NCBI RefSeq assembly: GCF_006345805.1
Contig: NC_043014.1
Coordinates: 20,894,001 to 20,958,000, forward strand
Source: Octopus sinensis
Taxonomy: Eukaryota
Length of the DNA: 64,000 nt
Reading direction: 5' to 3'
Shown: piece after piece, positions 1-14,869 of the stretch
Layout: each line of letters starts with the position of its first letter
Numbering within the stretch: position 1 is the first letter of the stretch
Program-made: the position numbers and the translations under genes
The notes under the pieces: generated by a model
Seen by the model: the letters and a program-made list of their open reading frames with translations, nothing else
Told to the model about the DNA's origin: nothing
Database searches by the model: none

Positions 1-2
1 AG

Positions 3-1115
3 AATACTGAAAGCAATGGTCTGGTACCTGTCTTCAATGATACCACTCAGTTGGTTGACAAGTCCATACAAAACCAACAAATTCCACAGCAGATTCCAGA
101 AACTGTTAAAAAGAAGCGCCAATATGCATGTAACTACTGTCAAAGACTATTTTCTGATCGTTCTAACATGTGCAAGCATCGGAAGAAATGTCAGCTTACT
201 TTCATTTCAAGCATGGGCTTAGCTTTGATTTCAAACCAACTTCCCTCTGCTCTTGTAGATGGTGGCTTCAATATGCCAATACCACCGCTACCAACTGTAC
301 AGTGTGAACTTTGCCATAAGTCCTTTGCAAAGCAGTCACATCTGGCTTCTCATATGTATCAGATACACCGTCCTCTTGGTGAAACAGTAAAAAATGACAA
401 TGCTAATGTTCCAAAAAATACTCGCTATGAATGCAAAATCTGTTTGAAAACTTTCACCCAAGCCTCTAGTCTACAGCGTCATGGTCGTGTTCATTCCGGA
501 AACAAACCCTATCATTGTAATGTATGTTCCAAAAGTTTCTCACAGTCTTCAATCCTATCAAACCATCTAAGGATCCACTCTGGAGAGAGACCTTACAAAT
601 GCGATATCTGCTCCAAGAGTTTCTCCAATTCATCGAGTTTGTCTCGTCACATGCAAATACATTCAGGAGAAAAACCATATAAATGCAAAATCTGTTTAAA
701 ATCTTTCTCTCGCTCCACTTATGTAGCATCTCACCTGCGAGTGCATTCAGGTGAGAGACCTTTCCAATGCAGTATCTGCAATCGTACCTTCTCTCAGTCA
801 TCCTCTTTAGTCCGACATAAAAGAACCCATAGTGGTGAGAGGCCATTCTTCTGTGAGGAATGTGGTAAATCTTTCTCTCAGTCCTCAGTACTTGTTAACC
901 ACCGTAAAACTCATTCTAAAGACAGACAGTTCACTTGTAAGACCTGCCTTGAACCGTTCCCTGATAAATCCAGCCTGCTTAAACATTTCAAGGTCCATTG
1001 TAATAACAAAATGAGATCATATCCTTGCAATTACTGTGGTCGTGTGTTCAAACGAGCACCCTATCTCGCTTCACACATGCGAGCTCACACCAAAAAGTCT
1101 ATAGTACCCTCATAA
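3..1115 (+). CDS. C2H2 zinc-finger protein (10 fingers), 5' end outside the window
   Basis: The frame is open from base 3 (NTESNGLVPVF...) to TAA at 1113-1115; the listed TTG start at 51 is internal. It encodes one CxxC..H..C finger, one isolated C2H2 finger and 8 tandem C2H2 fingers (426-1090), mostly with SGE(K/R)P linkers. Confidence 0.93.
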   Translation, partial: NTESNGLVPVFNDTTQLVDKSIQNQQIPQQIPETVKKKRQYACNYCQRLFSDRSNMCKHRKKCQLTFISSMGLALISNQLPSALVDGGFNMPIPPLPTVQCELCHKSFAKQSHLASHMYQIHRPLGETVKNDNANVPKNTRYECKICLKTFTQASSLQRHGRVHSGNKPYHCNVCSKSFSQSSILSNHLRIHSGERPYKCDICSKSFSNSSSLSRHMQIHSGEKPYKCKICLKSFSRSTYVASHLRVHSGERPFQCSICNRTFSQSSSLVRHKRTHSGERPFFCEECGKSFSQSSVLVNHRKTHSKDRQFTCKTCLEPFPDKSSLLKHFKVHCNNKMRSYPCNYCGRVFKRAPYLASHMRAHTKKSIVPS

Positions 1116-1944
1116 TTATTTGGAAAACTTCAATATAGGAGTTCTCAATTGTGTTTTTGTGTTTTCTTTTTTAAGCAATCAAAATATCCTTGCCAAAACC
1201 ATGCTAAGTATGGAAAATATTTTTTGCTATCATCACCATTTCAAGACAGTGGACACCTCTCACTCTCTTGTTTTTCTATATTCTAGCTTGAATATTAAAG
1301 AGAGAAAGATAGTCTCCTGTTTTTGTCCTACAAGATCTAATTACAGTTAAAGGGTGGCTTGCTTGCAATTAACAGATGTTATTGTGCTAGGAATATGACA
1401 TGAGTAAATCCAAACATGCAATCTTTCAGCAGTACAACCATGCTTTTAAAAATGATAATACAAATACTAATATTTCCAACATAGACACAAGGCCACAGCT
1501 TTGTGAAGGAGGGTATAAGCATTTTAATCAACAACGGTACTTGTCCCATGTTTGGCAAGGTCATGAAATTTTAAGGGAAGATGGTAGAGTTCTTATTTTA
1601 TCAATCCTGCAGATATGAAACTAATATTTTTATTATGATCAAAATTATTATTATTTGGCAAATATATAAACACTTGTCCGTCTCTCTCTCTCTCCCTCTC
1701 CCATTTAACAATAGCAAAATTGCTAAGTAAACCATCCAACCATGGGACAGTATAGGAAAAAAACAAAAGAAAAGGGAAACACAGTTACTCCACAAATTCT
1801 TGCAAATATTTGTATTAGCAAACCATGTCAACACAATATTCTAAGCAAAAATGATTATTTGCAGGCCTTTGCTTCTTTTTCCTTTGGCTTATTTCTACAT
1901 GGTTTGACTGAAAGACATTTAGTCTCTTTCATTTATATATATAT

Positions 1945-1990
<46 letters not shown>

Positions 1991-2734
1991 CATATATCTA
2001 TACACACACACATGCACACATATTCCTCTATGTGTGTATATGTATATATGTGTGTGTGTGTATACATAAACACACATATATATGTACATGTACACAAGTG
2101 AAGATGTATATGTGTGTACATATAAAATTCCTTGTGAAAAATGATAAAAAAACAAATATTTTTTGAAGATTTATAAAGCCTGAACCACACAGTATTTTAA
2201 AGATGTGTACACATACACACACATCCCACTATATATATATATGTTAATGTGTGTGTGTAATGGTTGTCAATTTTTACCTTATGCAAGCATATTTCCATAG
2301 TAATTCACAATGTGTGTGTGTATGAATATTCAGATACATATGTTTATGTCTGTGTATGTGTGTGTATTTATGTATGTGTGTGTGTGTGTGGATTAGAAGT
2401 GCTAAGCAGTGATGTATACAAGTATCAAATATAACTTGTTACTAGTTCAAATGTGCTTGGGCCATATTTGAACCTTTAAGAAAGCCATTCACTGCATTTT
2501 CTCTTTGACAAAATGCAGTGAATGGCTTTCTTACTGGCTTGAATATGTCTCAAGCATGTCAACTGGCACTCAACTGGTTACAACGAGGGTTCCAGTTAAT
2601 CCGATCAACGGAACAGCCTGCTTGTGAAATTAACATGCATGTGGCTGAGCACTTCACAGATAAACGTACCCATAACATAGTTCTCAGGGAGATTCAGTGT
2701 GACACAGAATGTGACAAGCCTGGCTCTTTGGAAT

Positions 2735-2880
2735 ACAAGTATTATTTTTGCCATGTGGCTAGACTGGAGCAACATGAAGTAAAGTGTCTTACTCAAGGAC
2801 ACAATGCGCCACCAGGAATCAAACTCACGACCTTATGATTATGAGCTGAATATATTAACCACTAAGCCATGCATCTTCAC
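2735..2880 (-). mobile_element. tRNA-derived SINE fragment (Meta-like central domain)
   Basis: Minus strand reads TGGCTTAGTGG (A box)...GAGTTTGATTCC (B box) then GTGTCCTTGAGTAAGACACTT...TTGCTCCAGT; same family as 27560-27810 and 38225-38735. Confidence 0.7.
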
Positions 2881-2985
2881 CTGAACTGGTAACAAGTTTA
2901 TATATACATACATACATATATATATAGAAGTGCAACTCATACCAGTATGAGATGTTGGACATAAAATTTTGTATACATATATATA

Positions 2986-3032
<47 letters not shown>

Positions 3033-3732
3033 TACACACACTTTTGTGTAAATGCAAATCAATATACACACACACACAGATTGAAAACTAATGTTGGTGC
3101 GTGTGAACAAATTTTTACAGGTTTCTTTTATTTTTTTCATAAAGCTCTCGAAAGAGAATGTGGATCCCCGACATATATCACCGTCATTATTCATCTATTT
3201 ATCAATTAAAAAACAGAAAAAACAATTTGACAAAAAGAAAGTTAAATAAAACCTTTTTTTCCTGTGATTTCTTTCAGACCTGACCTTCCCCTCACCACTA
3301 TTTTTCTTTAAAAAAATCTCACTTTAAATGTTTGTCTTGAATGTGGGCCTCACTCCCTCCGCTCCATAACATTAACTCATATGCAATGACACTCCCCACT
3401 TCCTACTAAACCCACCCTTTTTATCTTTCATTTGTTTACACTCACACATTTACTTAATGTCTTGTAGATGTAACTCCTTTCTTAAACACCTTTTTCTCCC
3501 ACCAACACCACGTCCTCTCCCTTTATTATGTTTGTTTGTGTGTGTGTGTGTGTGACGTTTTTTTTTCCAATTTAGAGAAGGGGGAGGTGGTATCACTCTT
3601 TTGCTGAATAAAATATTCCACTTTTGAATATTCCATTGTGTTGTTGTCTTTCAATTTACCATTGATATTGCTCTCACATGGCTGTCATAGAAGCATTTGG
3701 GCTAAAATTAGTTGAATATACATGTAACTGTG

Positions 3733-3900
3733 TAAGGTGGTGAGCTACCAGCAAAGTTGGCATGTCAGACATAATGCTACATAGCATTTCTTCCAACTTC
3801 ACATCCTGAATTCAGATGCCTCTGAGATCAACTTTACCTTTCATCCTTTCAGGGTCTATAATAAGTACCAGTTGAATTCTGCGGCTATGTAACTGACTTA
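3733..3900 (+). mobile_element. Degraded tRNA-derived SINE (Nin/Deu-like domain)
   Basis: Contains CTTTACCTTTCATCCTTTCAGGGTC...AAGTACCAG, shared with copies at 23350, 43035 and 60360. Confidence 0.6.
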
Positions 3901-4504
3901 TGCCTATGGCAGTGAAACAAGGGCTATGGCTATAGAAGACTTGCGAAGGCTTGAAGAAAACGAAGCCCAGCAACACCACCGGATCATTCTACACATCTGT
4001 GTAATTTTTTGCGTAATTCCACCCAGCCGTTTGACCGTGAATCCCAAGAAAGAAAGAATCATCCATGTCAAATTTATATGTATAAGTGTAATTCAAAAAG
4101 TTCAAAGGGGGAATTTTCCATTCAGTATCATGTTTACTATAGAGACTATGTAACAAATTATACTTTACACTTCTATATTTAACTGTGCGTGTATATATTC
4201 CTTATTTTTGCTTCTGGTGTCTTCTGCCTTTCCATTAGGAATGTTTGCCTGGGAATTTACTTCAAGTGAAATACAAAAATCGTATGCAACAGATAAGTCG
4301 TCTTAATAACATATTTGTATACCAGACCTGTAGCTGTTACATTTAGCGTAACGAGTTTTCTGGTGAGGGATTCGTTTACCTTCGATTGCTTCAGTAGCTA
4401 CGGATGCACAAACGCACAAAACGGAGAAAATGAAACAAATATGGATGACTTGTTCAGAAACACCCGCGAGAGGGGAACACTTCTCAAATATAGCCTCCAA
4501 TTGT

Positions 4505-4756
4505 TTTCCCCAAAAATTCCTGTGTCCGCGGAATCTACATAGTCCGAGGTATATTTGTAGAGAATTTCATTAAAAAATATCCATTTTCTTTTAAGTTAAG
4601 ACGGATTAAAATGGACTCCGGTGAATTTTCCGAAATTCCTCACCACAACCCCTCCTAAAACACTTTCCCCAAAATATTTTGCATACTCCGAATCTACAGG
4701 ATATAACACATATTCGTAGACAATTTCACTAAAAATATCCATTTTTCTGAAAGTTA
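4505..4756. repeat. Diverged direct repeat, 2 x ~93 bp, period ~159 bp
   Basis: TTTCCCCAAAA...GAATCTACA...GTAGA.AATTTCA.TAAAAA.ATCCATTTT...AAGTTA occurs at 4505-4598 and 4664-4756. Confidence 0.6.
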
Positions 4757-5522
4757 TGATCATCCAAAGTCAGGGTGGGGGCAGAAATCTGTAGTTATGC
4801 CTTTGAAACAAACACGAAGAGATTTCAGGTCAAGCAAATTCTTACAAAAATTTCTTCAAAAAGATTTCAGTATAAACTTTCGGAAAGTATGCTCAAAAAG
4901 AAACAAAAAATATTCTGTGATTCTTCTCAGTTGCAAAAGCCTTTGTATCAATGGTGGAAGTTTTTTGTGACCTTTTTGCTGAATTCACAAACTGAATGGT
5001 GGGAATAAAATGACCTGTTAATTTTCATCTCTGTTCATATATATACGTGCATTACCAGTACCATAAATCTCTCTCTCTATCTGTCTCCCTCTCCCTCTCC
5101 TCTCTCTTTCGTTCTCTCTCTCTTCCTCTTCCTTCACTTACTTTCACCCCATTTCACACCATTCAGTTCTTTCATTCCTCACCCCCAACGCCATTCATTG
5201 CCCTATCAACACTCTGCAGCACCACATCTTTCTTGTCTTCCTAGATTTTTTGTCACCGGAGATCAAAGAGTCAATGCTCTTAGACACACCCGCACATGCT
5301 GGGTATGATATTTTATGGCCTGGACCAATGGTTCCCATCCTGGGGTCCACGGACTCCTGGAGGTCCGCAAAGGTAGTACTGGAGGTCCGTGAACTAAATT
5401 CAAAATTTCATAAATATATATATGCATGTGTGTGGTGTGTGGTGTGTATATATATATATATATATATATACATACATATATATATATACATACATGCATA
5501 CATATATATATATATATATATA

Positions 5523-5569
<47 letters not shown>

Positions 5570-5589
5570 CATACATATATACATACATA

Positions 5590-5645
<56 letters not shown>

Positions 5646-5663
5646 CATACATATATATATATA

Positions 5664-6500
5664 CTAGCAGAATTGCTCGGGGCTGAATTGCTTGAAAGTA
5701 CTGTTAATGATTGCACTGAATTATGATGATTATTCAGGCAAATATTGATATAAGTTTACGGTGGGAGATAAGGACTTAACGATAAAACGTGTGCCATTGC
5801 ATTGTTTTGGAGGAACCAAATTTCTGATGAGTATTATAGGGGCACCAACTTTAAGTTTGAGAAAGTGTGGTGGTAGTCCGGGGTGCTCAAAGGAATTGAG
5901 TACCTCTATTGGATAGTTGATGACGTCCTCTGGGTCAGGAGTTGTATCGATAGACTGATATACATAGACTTCCCCAGGAATGAGTTTTAGCATTTCATCA
6001 TTAATATGGTGAACAGTTTTATTCCTCGGGGCCAGTATAGCCTTTTTGCCAATCCAATCCATATTCTGATAATTAGCTTGTAGATCTGGGAACACTGCAT
6101 CTCTGAGATCAGAAGGCGTCTTAACAATGGTACAAATGGAATCGATGGCAATATTACCATTTTCATCCCCTGGTATTTTGCCTTCGCCAAGTGCAAGGAG
6201 GGTGTGAGGAAATGCTGCTGATGTGATATTACGTCGCATATGAGCACGCATATTGGTGTGAAGTTTGTGAGTTACTTCCCTTTATTTAAAAAAATATGCA
6301 TTAAAATGTAAAAAAATGATGGTAAATTATTTGTAAAATCATAGACTCATCGTAGACGCACGCTAATACCTAAAAGGGCTCGATATGAATCACGACTATA
6401 AGATACCCGGTTTTGGCTAAACTGCATCGCAAAATGTGGGAGTAGTTAGGAATCTAAATCGGAGTAGACAGACACACAACCTTTCTTTTATATATAAATA
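5664..6500 (-). mobile_element. Non-autonomous Helitron with internal PIF1-like helicase fragment
   Basis: ORF 6251..5730 encodes Helitron helicase motifs (HTNMRAH, AILAPRN, LKLKVGAPIILIRNL, CNGTRFIV). On the minus strand the 3' end is CTAG followed by T (5664-5667/5663); the 5' end at ~6500 reads A|TATTTATATATAAAAG (TC terminus with one mismatch). Confidence 0.8.
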
Positions 6501-7010
6501 TTTTCGTCCTAAAAAACTTTGTATGGAGTGAAAGGTTACCTCTATGGAAATATATACACACACGTTATACATACATGTGTGCATAGATGAATATATAAAT
6601 ACATTTAAATATTTATATACACTTTTGGGCGATCTTTCTTTTTCTTAGAGATAACTTTAGATCTTATTTTCGTCCTAAAAAACTTTGTATGGAGTGAATG
6701 GTTACCTCTATGGAAATATATACACACACGTTATACATACATGTGTGCATAGATGAATATATAAATACATTTAAATATCTATATACACTTTTGGGCGATC
6801 TTTCTGCTACTTGTATATACTTTAGATCTTATATTCGTCCTAAAAAACTTTGTATGGAGTGAAAGGTTACCTCTATGGAAATATATACACTCACATTATA
6901 CATACATCTGTGTATAGATGAATATATAAATACATTTAAATATCTATATACACTTTTGGGCGATCTTTCTGCTACTTGGATATAGGTCTTATATTCGTCG
7001 TAAAAAACTT
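6501..7010. repeat. Tandem repeat, ~160-166 bp unit, 3 copies plus a partial fourth
   Basis: TTCGTCCTAAAAAACTTTGTATGGAGTGAA unit; the CGTC core recurs at 6505, 6671, 6836 and 6996. Confidence 0.9.
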
Positions 7011-7436
7011 TCCTGTCACACGCTCACGCACACGCACACACACACACACACACGCATCCTCACACACACACACGTTAGCTTACAATTTTATTTATATATT
7101 TGCGTGTCTATGTGTGTAAAGTGGAAGTGGGAATGTAGAGTGAAATAGTCACTACAGAAAGTGAATTAGTTTCACTTTATTCGTTGCACACTGTGTGTGT
7201 GCGTTTGCGTGTGCTGTATCCCACACTAAGAGAAGCATTTGACTCATACACCACAACGTGAGTTTTCTCTAAATTTTGCTTAATTGGGGTTGAAATTTTA
7301 AAAAGTGGACCTGTCACAACCCGATGCATTCTACTCTTTAAAATGCTAGGTAAATTGTAATTGAAGAAATCCTATATTGTAGATTTCTATAAGATACAAA
7401 GGGAGGCAGATAAAATCTGCCTTTTATAATAAGAGA

Positions 7437-7447
7437 TACATATATAT

Positions 7448-7511
<64 letters not shown>

Positions 7512-7763
7512 CATACATATATATAGATATACATAAAACATATATATATACATACATTATATATAATATATATATATACATACTACATATATATATATAT
7601 ATACATATATATAATACATACATATATATACATACATACATATATATATATATACATACATACATACATATATATATACATGTTTACATATATATATATA
7701 TATATAATATATCTATACATATATAGATATATATTATATATATATATATATACATTATATACA

Positions 7764-7797
<34 letters not shown>

Positions 7798-7927
7798 CAT
7801 ACATACATATATATAATATAACATACATATATATATATAATACATACATACTTATATATACATACATACATATATACATATACATATATATAATACAGGT
7901 TTACATATATATATATACTATAGATAA

Positions 7928-7981
<54 letters not shown>

Positions 7982-8002
7982 ACATATATATATATATATA
8001 CA

Positions 8003-8035
<33 letters not shown>

Positions 8036-8053
8036 CATCATATATATATATAT

Positions 8054-8102
<49 letters not shown>

Positions 8103-8448
8103 CATATATATATATACATACATATATATATACATATATACATACATACATATATATATATACATATATACATACATACATATATATATACATACATATA
8201 TATATATATATATACATACATAATATATATACATACATATATATATATACATACATAAATATATATATATACATACATATATATTATACATACATACATA
8301 TATATATACATACATATATATATATACGTATATATATATATATACATATATATATATACATATATATATATACATATATATATATACATATATATATATA
8401 CATATATATATATATACATATATGTATATTATACATATATATATATAC

Positions 8449-8495
<47 letters not shown>

Positions 8496-8502
8496 TATAT
8501 AC

Positions 8503-8541
<39 letters not shown>

Positions 8542-8546
8542 CATAC

Positions 8547-8579
<33 letters not shown>

Positions 8580-8619
8580 CATACATATATATATATACAT
8601 ATATATATAATATACATAC

Positions 8620-8678
<59 letters not shown>

Positions 8679-8683
8679 CATAC

Positions 8684-8736
<53 letters not shown>

Positions 8737-8781
8737 ATATATTATATATAATACATATATATATATATATATATATATTAC

Positions 8782-8852
<71 letters not shown>

Positions 8853-8872
8853 CATAATATATATATATACTA

Positions 8873-8936
<64 letters not shown>

Positions 8937-8949
8937 CATATATTATATA

Positions 8950-9001
<52 letters not shown>

Positions 9002-9140
9002 CATATAATATATACATATATATATATATACATATATATATTATACATATATATAATATATATATACATATATATAATATATATATATATATATTATATA
9101 TATATATATACATATATATTAATATATATATATATACATA

Positions 9141-9180
<40 letters not shown>

Positions 9181-9897
9181 ATATATACATATTATTATAC
9201 ATAATATAATATATATACATATATAATATATACATATATATATTATCACATACATTATATATATATATGTACCTAACATATATATAATATATACATATAT
9301 ACATATATATATACAATAATATAATATATATATATATACATACATATATCTATATATATATCATATATACATACATTACTTATATATACAGACATATCTA
9401 TATATATATATATATATACATACATACATATATATACATACTTATATATATATATACTACAATAAATTATATATATACAGAATATATATATATACATACA
9501 TACTATATATATACATACATATATATAATACGTTATTATATATATATATAACATATATATTATATATATAATATATACATATATATATATACTTATATAT
9601 ACATATATATATATATATACATATATGTATATATACATATATATATATACATATATATATACATAATATATATATATAATATCATATATATCTACATCTA
9701 TATATAATACATATATATATATATATACATATAATATATATATATATTACACATACATATTATATATACCATATATATATATATTATATACATACATATA
9801 TATTATACATAATATATAATATTATACATACATATATATATATATAACATATATATATATATACAGTACATACATATATATATATCTATATATATAC

Positions 9898-9929
<32 letters not shown>

Positions 9930-9975
9930 TATACAATTATATATATATATATTATAATATATATATATATAGAAT

Positions 9976-10007
<32 letters not shown>

Positions 10008-10128
10008 CAATATATATATACAATATATATATATACATATATATACTATATATATATATATATATCTAGATATAATATATATACATATATATATATATCT
10101 ATACTATATATATATATATCTATATATA

Positions 10129-10168
<40 letters not shown>

Positions 10169-10292
10169 TTATATATATATATATATATATAATATATTAC
10201 ATTATATATAATATATATACATATATATATATATACATATATATATATACATATAGCATAAATATATACATATATATATACATATATAATAT

Positions 10293-10334
<42 letters not shown>

Positions 10335-10377
10335 ATATATATACATATATTATATATATTATATATATAATATATTA

Positions 10378-10418
<41 letters not shown>

Positions 10419-10445
10419 TATATATACACATTATATATATATTAT
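7437..10445. repeat. ~3 kb (TA)n/(TACA)n microsatellite array
   Basis: Direct reading of the sequence. Confidence 0.97.
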
Positions 10446-10447
10446 TC

Positions 10448-11960
10448 ATAGTCTCTGCCTGTAATTGCCCCACTGAAGTCATCTCCCTATACCTCGACCG
10501 CATCCTGTCCCCCTAGTCGCAGCCCTCCCATCCCACATACACGACACCAACCACGCCCTCCGTCTCTTCAATTCCTTTTCCTTCCCTTCCAGCCCCTCAC
10601 ACCTCCTCTTCACATTAGATGTAAAATCCCTGTACACAGTGATTCCCCACAATGACGGTCTCCTAGCCCTCCAACACTTCCTCGACCGTCGTCCCGACCC
10701 CACCCCTAGCACCCCCACCCCTTCTCCGCCTGGCTGAGCTCGTCCTCACCCTCAATTGCTTCACGTTCGCTGGGGAAACGTACCAACAGGTGTCCGGGGT
10801 CGCGATGGGAACTAGGATGGGCCAATTTCGCCAATCTCTTTCTTGGCTACATTGAGGCCCAAGTATTCTCCCAGTTCTCTGGGCCGACCCCCGAACTATA
10901 CGGTCGCTATATCGACGACTGCATAGGTGCCACCTCCTTTCCGTGAACTTCTCTGCCAATTCATCTCTTCCTTTCCAACTTTCACCCCTCTCTTCAATTC
11001 ACCTCCACCATCTCCAACACCTCTGTCAACTTCCTTGACATCTCTCTCCGCATCGATCACCCCTCCAACTCTCTCACCACCACCGCCTTCTTTAAACCTA
11101 CGGATTCCACCTCTATCTCAACTTCTCTTCTCCCACCCCTTCCACCAACCAAACGAGCCATCCCCTACTCCCAGTTCCTCCGCCTCCGACGTTTGTGCAG
11201 CCGCGACCAGGATTTCGAGACCCAATCTCAATACCTGGCCGCCCTGTTCAGACTCCGAGGGTACCACCCATACTCCTCTCTGATGCCCTCACCCGCGCCT
11301 GTCGCATCGACCGCACCACCGCCCTGTCTCCTTCCCCCCGCCCACCCCCAAACCGCACCCCTTCACCCTCCTTTTCCACCCCTCTACCCTACCCCTTCGT
11401 CGCAAGATACTACGTGCCTTCCGTCGCCTCCAGCTTAATCCCACCACCCCCGCCCCATTTTCCCTAACCCACCCCTGTCCTCCTTCAACGAGCCCGCATC
11501 TGCGTGACCTCCTGGTCCACAGCACCCTCTCTCCTTCCCCCTCAGCCCCACACGGATCATTCCCTTGCTCTAGATCCCGCTGCAACACTTCCCCTTCATC
11601 ACCAACACCACCGCTGTCACCGGCTGCAACCGGCATACTGTACGCATTAGGCACTCTTTTACGTGCACCTCGTCTGGCCTTGTTTACTGCATTAAATGCA
11701 ACCTATGCGGGATGCTGTATGTAGGACAGACGGGACGCCGGTTGTCCGACCGATTCACAGAACATTTGAGGGACGTTCGCCTACACTCTTTTTCTCCCGT
11801 CGCACGCCACTTCCGCTCGGCCGGCCATTCCCTAGATGACATCTCAGTGTTGGTCCCGCCCCCCACAATGGTCGCCCACTTTCCAGGCTCCACTTGGAGC
11901 AACGCTACATCTTCACCCTACAACTACTACCCCACACGGACTTAACACAGCCCCCCCTCC
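10448..11960 (+). mobile_element. Penelope-like element (Neptune-type), RT plus GIY-YIG endonuclease, frameshifted and 5'-truncated
   Basis: Translation across frameshifts gives IVSACNCPTEVIS, LFTLDVKSLYTVIPH (D at 10618), QQVSGVAMGTRMG, YGRYIDDC (YIDD 10908-10919), VNFLDI, IPYSQFLRLRRLCS, the linker GSFPCSRSRCN, GIY-YIG LVYCIKC..LYVGQTGRRLSDRFTEH (11682-11765) and EQRYIFTL..PHGLN. Confidence 0.92.
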
Positions 11961-11989
11961 TCTTGAGGTCCTCTTCTTCTTCCTTTTTT

Positions 11990-14700
11990 TTTCCGGATAC
12001 ACCACCCCCCACCCCCACACCTACCTACCTCCCACACGCCTGTTCACACACACACATACGTATACACATCTACGTACATACATTCACACATTTAATCACA
12101 CACACTTATAAACATACATGCACACACTAACATACAAACCAACATGCACATACATACACACATACATACATACACACACACATACACTTATTACAACACA
12201 CACCAGACATACATACACACATACATACACACATACATACGTACATACATACACACACACTCACACACACACATCGCACATACATACTTCACACACACAC
12301 ACATGCACACATACATGTAGGCACACACACATACATACATACATACCCACACATGCACACCTTTACACGAATGCACACACACACATACACCTATTTGCAT
12401 CCTGGCAGCCCTCCCCCCCCTCTTTTCTGCTTTCCGGTTTTGGCTGATGGATCCTCGGTTCCCGCGGATCGGGTCGTTCGAGGGCCTTTGCGCTCGCGCG
12501 CCTTGGCGCGTGCTGGGGGCTCGGTCGGCCCCATGGGCTTGCGTTGTATTGTTTGTGTGTTGTGTGCGTGAGCGCGCTTCGTGTGTGTGGGCTTGCTTCG
12601 GGTGTGTGCGTGCGTATGTATACATACATACCCACACACACGCATGCATCCCTACCCACATACATACACGCACACCTACTCACACACACATACACAGACA
12701 CACACACACATACCCGCACACACACACATACATACATACACACACATACCTACTTCAGACATACACACACACAGACATACACCCATACACTCACACTCAC
12801 ACGCATACACACACGCACATACACACGCACACGTACACATACACACACACACCTACATACATACATTACACTTGTACACACACACACTTAATTTCATACA
12901 CACACACACCTACACAGCCATACCCTCACTCAGACACACACACCTACCTACACACACACACAAACACACACAGACACACACCCATACATACATACATCTA
13001 CACACACACGCCTACACACATACATACACACACATACATAAACACACACACATACACATGCACACACATACGCACACACACACATATACTTATACACATG
13101 CACACACACACACACACATACATACATACACCCATACACATACACACACACATACCTACATACTCTATACGCACATACATACACACGACATACACACATA
13201 CACACTCACACAAACATACACACAACATACTTACACACACACTCGCCTGCACGCGCACACACATGCATGACAAAACCCATACACTCACACTCACATACGC
13301 ACACACCAACATAAACACGCACATGCACACACACACCTACACTCCCAAAAACATACATACGCACTACATACACACACGCACGCATACACACGCACACACA
13401 CGCATACACACATACATTACACACGTACACACACACCTACATACACATGCATACACACACACACAAACATGCACGGACACACCCAGACATACATACATAC
13501 ACCTATACACACACGCCCACACACCTACATACACACACATACATACACACACATACACGGACACACCCATACATACTTACATACATACACCTATACACAC
13601 ACGCCTACACACCTACATACACACACATGCATACACACACACACATGTACGCACATACACACACATATACGCACATACATATATACCCACACACATGCAC
13701 ACACACACATACGCACACGCATGCATGCATGCACACGCGCACACCTACACGCATACATGCATACATGCAAACACACACACACACGCACGTACACATACAT
13801 ACATACACACACACATACATACACCCATACACATACATGCATCCTACACACACATACATACACACTCACACATACATACACACACACACACTCACTCACA
13901 TACCTGCATGTACGCGCACACACATGCACATACACACACTTCCACACACACACACGTACATACATACACACTCATACACATACACACACACACACACACA
14001 CGGACATACATCTATGCACACACATATATACACACATACTTACATACATTCATCGGACACACTGACACCCAGACATACACACAGACACACTCACACATCC
14101 ACACACACACATACTTACACACACACTCGCAGGCGCGCGCACACACGCGCTTGCGCCGGCTCGCGCACGCATACGCGCATGCATGCACCTCGCTCTTGGA
14201 CCCGACGAGATCTCCGGCTCGTTTCTGGGGCCGTCGCCTGTCGTTGGGTTCTCCCACGCCCGTCTCCGCGGGACCACTCTTCCATCTTCCCCTCAGCTGG
14301 AGTCCTTTTTCCTTATAACCCCCCCTTTTTGTACACACACGCGCACACATACATACACCCACTCACACACACACATTTGCTTAAATATATACATTACTCT
14401 TACACACACTTCAAATCTACTCGCCATACATACAACTACGACACTGGACACACACACACTACCACTCAACACACACACTGGCACGTTACATACGCCCCCA
14501 CCCCTTCTCCTCCCTCCCTTCCTTCTTCCTTCATTTTTTTACTACTGACCACTGTCTGCTATGCCTACTACTGTTTCGCCCTACCTCACACGCCTACACA
14601 CAGACGCACACACTAACATATACATATATTTTTTGTTTTTTATCTCGCCTCACACACACATACACACACGCACACGCACACACTCACACATACACACACA
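11990..14700. repeat. (CA)n/(CATA)n cryptic microsatellite with GC-rich islands at ~12400-12610 and ~14130-14330 (3' region of the PLE)
   Basis: Direct reading; the second island resembles the cleaner pseudo-LTR at 14700-15000. Confidence 0.85.
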
Positions 14701-14869
14701 TCTGTTGCGTTACCAACCCTGTCTCTTTTGGCTTTAAAAACCTACTTTGCTCTTGTTATCGTAAACTTCCGCCTTTCACCATGTGTACTTCGTAAACACC
14801 AGTCGTTTTTTTTTTCTCCCTCTGTTTGCCCACCTCGGGATCTTTGTTTCCTCTCTCTTCCATCTTTAT

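Noticed and set aside
6501-7010. Regular repeat arrays (here and at 43086-43600) considered as CRISPR-like
   Set aside because: Units are contiguous with no unique spacers, the context is eukaryotic, and there are no cas genes.
7338-10440. Long YIYI/MYVC-type ORFs (also at 1900-2220, 5250-5720, 15146-15666)
   Set aside because: Translations of (TA)n/(TACA)n microsatellites that lack stop codons in some frames.
12400-12610. GC-rich island with CTGATGG, possible third pLTR/hammerhead copy
   Set aside because: No GAAA or definable stems; too garbled (possibly low-quality consensus) to call.
12118-14616. 623-aa and 389-aa His/Thr-rich ORFs
   Set aside because: Translations of (CA)n-type repeats, not real His-rich proteins.
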